From: the human T2T-CHM13v2.0 reference genome, Homo sapiens
DNA length: 64,000 bases
Direction: 5' to 3' (one strand)
Assembly (NCBI RefSeq): GCF_009914755.1
Contig: NC_060935.1
Below, one piece after another: positions 56,331 to 64,000 of this stretch. The stretch's first letter is position 1. The number at the start of each line of letters is the position of its first letter. The position numbers and the translations under genes were made by a program. The notes beneath the pieces were generated by a model that worked only from the letters and a program-made list of their open reading frames with translations, was not told the DNA's origin and ran no database searches.

Positions 56331-57296
56331 CTTTTTCTAAGGATGAATGAGAGAATTGCTAATGTGGAGGAATATAGAAATAGTTGCCATACATTACGTC
56401 TTTTTTTGCAGGGTTGGTAGGATAATTAAACAGGATGATGTGTGTAAGATGTCAAGGACAATGTATGGAACATAATAATAGAACACATAAATGATAATTA
56501 CTGTTGACAAATATTATAAAGCAAATCAGTCACAGAGTCAAAACTTACGTCTAGGACTCCAGATCCCCTCTACATTTCATTTCTCATGTATTAACTAAAG
56601 ATGAATGAGAAAAAAGTAGTGGAGTATTTACCAGAGGCTAATATATAGTCTTTAATAGGGTAAACATATACTTGATCCTCTCAAGACCTGGAGGTTTACA
56701 GGTTCAGAAAGCTGACTTTGTTGATATATGGCTGTGAATGTGTCTCCTAGAACAAACTCACAGTAAACAAGTACATGGAGATTGATGTATGGTTACTAGG
56801 ATGTCAATTATTAATTTACACTGAGAAGCATAACTTCTAAAGGAAAGGATACTGTAATCTTTTGCCCAGATATCCATTCCATGATGGTGACCTAAGCATA
56901 ACTCAAAATTTTATTTGAGGATTATTAGTGAATATAATGACAAAACAAATAAAATAAAATGACCTTACATTGGAAATTGCATCATCTGATTACATCATCT
57001 TTTGTGTACTATATTGAGGTGATACTTTCTATATCGGTTTTTATTTTTCCCCCATCATCTAAGCCTCTGTCTTCCCCTAAAATTATTAAAATTGGTCTTA
57101 AGCAAATTATTTCTAAAATTTTTGATCATTTAATACTGTGTCATATACCTAGGTGTTTGGTCAGATCCACTTAATCTGAACTTCTGGGAACTTCCAGAGA
57201 AGTAGCTTAGAAACATGTTTTTAAATGTTCCCCCAGATGATTCTGCTGAAGAATTCTTTTAAATCTGTTTTTGGGAATCATTAGGCTAGTTTACAA

Positions 57297-57592
57297 TTTT
57301 CTTTTTTCTTTTTTGAGATAGGATCTTGCTCTGTCATTCCAGCTGGAGTGCAGTAACACCATCATAGCTACTGCAGCCTCAAAATTCTGTGCTCAAGAGA
57401 TCCTCCTGCATTAGCCTCCTGAGTAGCTGGGACTAGAGGCACATGATATCATGCCCAGCTAATTTTTGATTTTTTTGTAGAGATAGAGTCTCAGCATATT
57501 TTCCAGTCTGGTCAAGCTCCTGGCTTCAGATGACCCTCCTACTTCCGCCTCCCAAAGTGCTGGGATTACAGGCATGGGCATCACACCCAGCC
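57297..57592 (-). mobile_element. AluJ
   Basis: Diverged dimer, 'gctcaagagatcctcctgcattagcctcctgagtagctggg'. Confidence 0.85.
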
Positions 57593-58694
57593 AGCTTATG
57601 ACTTCAACATCCTAATGAAGTCAATACATTGATGTGAGAGAGAGAAGGAAGGAGATGTGAAAGGGATAGCCAGATCTCTCTGAAAGGGTACTTTACTCTG
57701 CAGCAAAGTATTGCCTTCTTCCATCTCCTTCAACTTTCATCCTTAAGTTCTGAAGGACCTACTTTCTATTTGCTTGGAAAAAAATGTTATAATGAGCGAC
57801 ACTTACTAACTTTGTCTTCAAGGAGTCCATCAGTACTTAGCAGACATACCCAGTGAGTTAAGATGTGTGGAAAATGACTTACAGACTAAACTGGAAAGAC
57901 AAATTATGGGGGTAGAGGGTAGAGGAAGGAACAACCACAATTGACTGGATGGATTAGTTGAGGATCCAGGAAGGCAGTTACATCTAAACTCGGCCTTAAA
58001 TAGTGGGTAGGATTTTGACCAGAAAAAGCAGTTAGGGCAAAGTGAACACTGTGCATAGACATAAAGGCCTAACATTGTAGAATGGTCTCTTTTGGTTTTA
58101 GAATAAAAGTCAACATTGTTTCCTCTCTTGACGTGACTATCAGGTGATTCCCCTAACTTTTGGAGAATTTCAGGTGAATGCCAGGTGGCACCTATGTTGA
58201 AAAGTTGGTTTCTGAATCTTGGAGATCCTAGTTTAAAGCCAAATTTTGTAAAGAAGCAAGGAAACAACAGCAGAAAGGGAACTGGCTTGAGATTAGGTCA
58301 AGCCCTGTCAGAGATGGAGGTAAACGGTTTCATTTTTTCTTAGGTAGTCTTCAGAGACCAGGAGTTGTGTTGACACATATGTTCTGACTCATTAGCTAGA
58401 CAGTTTTAAAGAAATAAAAGCCTCTTGGAGGTTATTGTAAAAGTTTTGGCTTTCACTGTCGTAAAAGTCTAGGAAGATTTTGAGCAAAAGAGTGTCTTGA
58501 TCTGACTTATATTTTAAATAAATCATTCTGGCTATTATGTTGAAAATACACTGGGGAAAGGAGCAGGGAGGCAAAGTGGAAGCAAAGAGACCCTTTAAAA
58601 AGCTATTGCTGAAATTCAGACAAAAGACAATAGTATTTTGAACCAGCTGGGAGTGGATTGGTGTGAAGTGTTCTGGTTCTGTATACACACACAC

Positions 58695-59335
58695 ATTTAA
58701 CTGACACATGGGAATTGTGCCTATTTATGAGGTACAATTTGATGCTTCTATAGATTTATATCTTGTATAATGATCAAATTAGGGTACTTAGCATATGCAT
58801 TACCTCATGCATTTATCATTTCCTTGTGGTAAGAACATTCAAAAGCCTTTCTTCTAGCTGTTTTGTAATATACAACACCTTAGTGTTAACTATAGTCACC
58901 CTGCTGCGTAGTAGAACACCAGAATGTATTCTTCTTACCTAATTATAACTTTATTCCCATTGAACAACCTCTCCCTTTTCTACTTTCTACTTCTATTATC
59001 AACTTTTACCCCCTAGGTTTCACATACGAATGAGATCATGTGGTGTTTGTCTTTCTGTGTCTGGCTTACTTATTTTACTTAACATGATGCCCTCTAGGTT
59101 CAACCATGTTGTTACAAATGACAGGATTTCATTATTTTATATGATAGAATAATATTCCATTATGTATATATGCCACATTTCCTTTATCCATTCATCCATT
59201 TTTAACCACTTAGGTTTATTCCATATCTTGGCTATCATAAATAGGGCTGCAATAAACATGGGAGTGTAGATTCATCTTTGACATACTGATTTCATTTCCT
59301 TTGGAGATATACAGTATTAGGATTGCTGGATCATA
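58695..59335 (-). mobile_element. L1MA-type 3' end (non-inverted part of a 5'-inverted L1)
   Basis: 3'UTR 'taatgatcaaattagggtacttagcat...gttaactatagtcaccctg'; ends at 'ggattgctggatcat'. Confidence 0.82.
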
Positions 59336-60705
59336 ACCAATGGTTCAATGAGGAAACCAAGGGGAAATTAAAAAAAATTCCCATGAAAAAGAAGAATAGA
59401 AACACATCATACCAAAAACCATGGGGCATCGCAAAAGTAGTTCTAAGATAGAAGTTTCTAGTGACAAGCACCTGCCTCAAAAAGAAGAAAGACTTCTAAA
59501 ATACCACAAGGAACTAGCAAAACAAGCACAAACTAAGCCCTAAATTGGTAGAAGAAAGGAAATAATAAAACTCGGAGCAGAGAAAACAAAATGGAGACTA
59601 AAAATCCTTCAAAACATCATTGAAATGATGAGCTGATATTTTGAAAAGAAGAATCTACCAGCCTTCAGCTAGACTAAGAAAAAAAGAGAAAACACTCAAA
59701 TAAAATTAAAGATAAAAAGGAGACATTACAACTGTTAACATAGAAATATAAATAAACATAAAAGACTAATATGAACAACTAAACAAATTTCATAATATAG
59801 AAAAAAATGGATAAATATCAGGATATATACAAATTATCAAGATAAAATTATGAAGAAATAAAAACTCTAAACAGACTAATGATGAGTGAGAAAATTGAAT
59901 CAGTAATTGAAAGTCTTCCATCAAAGAAAAGTCCAGGACCTGATGGCTTTACCGCAAAATTCTACCAAACATTTAAAGAAGGACTAATACCAATTTTCCT
60001 CAAACTATTCCATAAAACTGAAGAGGAGGGAATATTTCCAAGCTCATTTTACAAGGCCAGGATTACCCTGACTCCAGAACCAGACAAAGACACAACAAAG
60101 GAAGAAAAGTATAGACCAATATCTCTGATGAAACTTAGATGCAAAATTCTCAACAAGATACTATCAAACCAAATCCAACAGCACATTGAAAAGATCATTT
60201 ACTATGATCAAGTGGGATTCATCCCAGGGATGCAAGGGTAATTCCACATATGCAAATCAATAAATGCGATATGCCACATTAACAGTAAGAAAGACAAAAA
60301 CAATACGAGCATTTCAACAGACAAAAAGCATTTGACAAAATCCACCATCCTTTCATGATAAAAATTCTGAACAAATTTGGCATAGAAGGTATGCACCTCA
60401 ACATAATAAGGGGCATGTATGATAAACCCATAGTTAACATCACACTGAACAAGCAAAAGATAAAAGCTTCTATTCTAAGGTCAGAAACAAGACAAAGATG
60501 CCCACTTTTACCACTTCTATTCAATATAGTACTAGAAGTCCTAGCCATAACAATTAGGCAAGAGAAAGAAATAAAGGGCATCCAAACTGAAAAGGAGCAA
60601 GTGAAATTGTCCCTGTTTACAGATGACCTGATCTTATATGCAGAAAACCCTCAAGACTCCACTGAAAAACTCTCAGAACTAATAAATAAATTCAGTAAAT
60701 TCGCG
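59336..60705 (+). mobile_element. L1 ORF2 middle segment (inverted part of the same insertion)
   Basis: Peptides [71 protein letters not shown]. Confidence 0.85.
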
Positions 60706-61868
60706 TGATTCTGTACATATTTTGATGTTGAATGAGAGCTATGAAGACATGAAAAAGGAAGAAAGGAAAAATGAAGTCAAGGTTAGATTTTGACTACGCA
60801 ACTAGAATCGAGTTGATAGGAGATTGAACAGAAACATTTCAATATTTTAGTGCTTAGTATAACAGCTAACAGCTAGTATTTTTCATAGTCCTTTATAATT
60901 ACAAAGGCATTTGTACACATTATAAAATTATTTTAACTTCAAAGCAACACTGAAATAGGCTGGACACAATTATCTTCTTCATTTTACAGAAAATAGAATT
61001 ATGATTCAGGGAAATTCAATTATGTGGGCTAAGATCCCACAGCTGGTTAGTAATGGACTCCAATTTTAACCCAGGTCTGTTGAAACCAAATCTAGGTCAC
61101 TGTCTGTCTGTTTGCCTCTTAATTTGCTATTGCTCCAATATTTATTCAAACTAAAAGTATTTCTACTTTCACACTATTTTCTTATATTCCAACCTATGTA
61201 ACCAAAGCAGCTGTCATCTAATACCATTCTGTAGAGATGCAGACACAAGGTGAAGGGAAAGAGGAATGTTAAACTGCATGACTGTGCTTCTCTAAGAAAC
61301 AAACACACTTAGCCATGTTCCTTTGTGACCCGAAAGTGGCAACTTCCTTTACAAATGCTGTGTTATAGCAGAGTTTAATAAAAAGGAGGAGAAAATGTGG
61401 TATTGTGCAGGTAGTCCTTACATCAGGACAGAAGTTAGAAGATCTAGTTCAAGTTTTAGCATTCGAACATACTGGATATATGATCACATTCCTAACAAAA
61501 AGCTAATGCAAATCTTAGTTAGAATGGAGCTCATTATAATGGAGATTAATAATAATTAACAACTAACATATGACATTGATCATAAGCATTATTTTGCTTC
61601 AGACACCATTTATCTTGCAAAGAAGGCCTTCCTTCTTTGGTAAGGATTTTGTAAGGATTTGGTAAGGATTACCTTTGGTAAGGTAAGGATTCTGAGAATG
61701 TTAGTAAGAAGCAGACCTGGGGAGATTACAAATCCATTGCTTTTTGTATGAACCTTCCCATTCTTAGTCCTCTGGAAAACCTAGGTCAACCTTCTCTTTA
61801 TTTCATTTACCAATAATTTTGACTAGAATTCACAAACCTATTTAAAACTTTAAAATAAAAATGCTATC

Positions 61869-62207
<339 letters not shown>

Positions 62208-63533
62208 CTAAAAGCTTGCTGAGCCCCTCCTTTCCCTCTTCTACCTCTCTGTGCATTCTCTGTCCAGATACAGTTTGTCACTTCAGTCAAGGCTAGATGC
62301 ATGGCAAGGAGAATTTATATTGAGTTATTTGCCTGGTTCAGATAACGGCATGTCTCTTAGCACTCTGAATGCCTCTGATGCTATGCATGTCCTTCCTGAG
62401 CAGCAGAGGGGCATGTGATGGTGAGATTGAGTTAAAATAAATTAATCAAAGTGGACTGAGTAGGGAAAGAAAGGTATAATCTTGAAAAGCAACCATTTTC
62501 ACTTAGACATTATCCCATGCAACATTGCCTATCTGTTGGAAGAATGGATTTTTAGCATATTGTCCACACAGATAGATGATGTTAGCAGTGGCTACAATCT
62601 CTTGGCCAGGGCTTCTGAGCCAGAAGTGTATCAGACTCATCTCTGCAGAATGCTGAGAGAAAAGCTGCTCTATACCCTGTCTCACTCCTTTGCTGCAAAT
62701 GTTTGCAAACTGGCAATTGCATGAGCGCATGATATTCTTTATTTTAAAAAAGTGAGAACTTATTTGGGACCATCCTGAATTACTCTCTCCAGGAAAGAAT
62801 TTGGAAGGAAGAAAGAGTTCCAATTCTGATTCCAATTTTGTAGAATCATTTGAACCTGGATGTCATCCTGACCTTGGCTTGCCAGCTGCTCTGTTCTGCC
62901 TCTCTAGAATCCTATCCATTTACGGTTTTCAAGCCACCTGTCAGCATGGCAAGCAGGAGAAAGGCTACAGCAAGAGGGCAAATTAGATGTAAATATCTCT
63001 GTGGGCTTTCCTGCTAATGAAATTATACATTGAACAAGCAGGGTGCCAAACCAAAGAGAAACAGCATGCTGGAGCAGAAAGCCTTTAGAATGAGAGCTAG
63101 GAAATGGGCACCAGTCTAATCCACAATGGCTTTTGCATGAGAAAAATGACATTTTATGTCTTCCATTTCGAGTTACAGGCTCATAGCAGGTGCTCAATCC
63201 TTCTTCCTGGTCGTCACTCTTTTATGAATTAATGGTGGCATTGGGCAAATTAGTACTCTCTGCAAACTCATCTCTAACTAAAAAAGACATGAAAATTAAA
63301 CAAATACATATTCAGACACAATATTGCTAAGCACAATGATAGGGTTTTTTTAAATTTGTAAGTTTAATATACAATGAATGCCTTAATTTATGATTGTGTT
63401 TATTCTCTGGTTTCATGTGTCCCCATCACAGTGTTAGTTCCTAGTTACACGAATATTCAGAGATATGGAAATGATAAGCTGTGGTAGGTGGTCTCCATGG
63501 TCTTTCCTAATTTTCATGATTTGTAGGTTTTAC

Positions 63534-63919
63534 AGATACGGTTTGGGTCTGTGTCCCGCACAAATCTCAGGCCAAATTGTAATCCCCAGTGTTGGAGGTG
63601 GGGCCTGGTGGGAAGTGATTGGATCATGGGTGTGGATTTCCCCTTTGGTGCTGTTCTTGTGATAGTGAGTAAGTTACTGTGAGATCTGGTCACTTAAAAG
63701 TGTGTAGCACCTCCCCCTTCTCTCTCTTTCTCCTGTTCCGGCCATGTAAAATGAGCCTGCTTCCCCCTTGCCTTCCGCCATGGTTGTAAGTTTCCTGAGG
63801 CCTCCCCAACTATGCTTCCTGTACAGCCTGCAGAACCATCAGCCAATTCAACCCTTTTTCTTTATAAATTACCCAGTCTTAGGTATTTATTTATAACAGT
63901 GTAAGAATGGACTAAAACA
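63534..63919 (+). mobile_element. MSTA solo LTR
   Basis: 'gatacggtttgggtctgtgtcc..aaatctca...aattgtaatccccagtgttggaggtggggcctggtggga...ctttataaattacccagtc...gaatggactaaaaca'. Confidence 0.88.
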
Positions 63920-64000
63920 CTGATTTTCCTGGTTATCAGGAAATTAGGATTACATAGACATACAGTTGTCAGTGTTACTTAAAACATATAATACTGCATC

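Overview
This is primate (most likely human) non-coding, AT-rich DNA. It carries AluY, AluS and AluJ, L1PA/L1MA, MaLR, Tigger, L2, MIR and CR1 remnants. I find no intact protein-coding gene, RNA gene or CRISPR array. The ORF-track entries I can recognise come from transposable elements or low-complexity sequence, and the rest look like chance short frames. Main landmarks: (1) a 3.2-kb two-LTR LTR18B/HERV-S-like mini-provirus (663-3890, minus strand) whose pol remnant has conserved Trp codons converted to stops by G-to-A change, an APOBEC3-like signature; it sits inside a fossil CR1/L3 endonuclease segment; (2) two MaLR proviruses (MLT1D-like and MLT1G/H-like) with nested insertions; (3) a full-length, inactive L1PA4-like element (26988-33131, minus); (4) a probable twin-primed, 5'-inverted L1MA. 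The least expected signal is a recurring set of locally templated duplications that transposition does not explain: two inverted copies (125 bp and about 255 bp) pasted into LTRs 0.9-1.6 kb from their sources, two near-perfect fold-back palindromes, and iterated micro-templated inserts. Repeat family names come from my recall of consensus sequences, not from a database search. I see no evidence of a new gene system.
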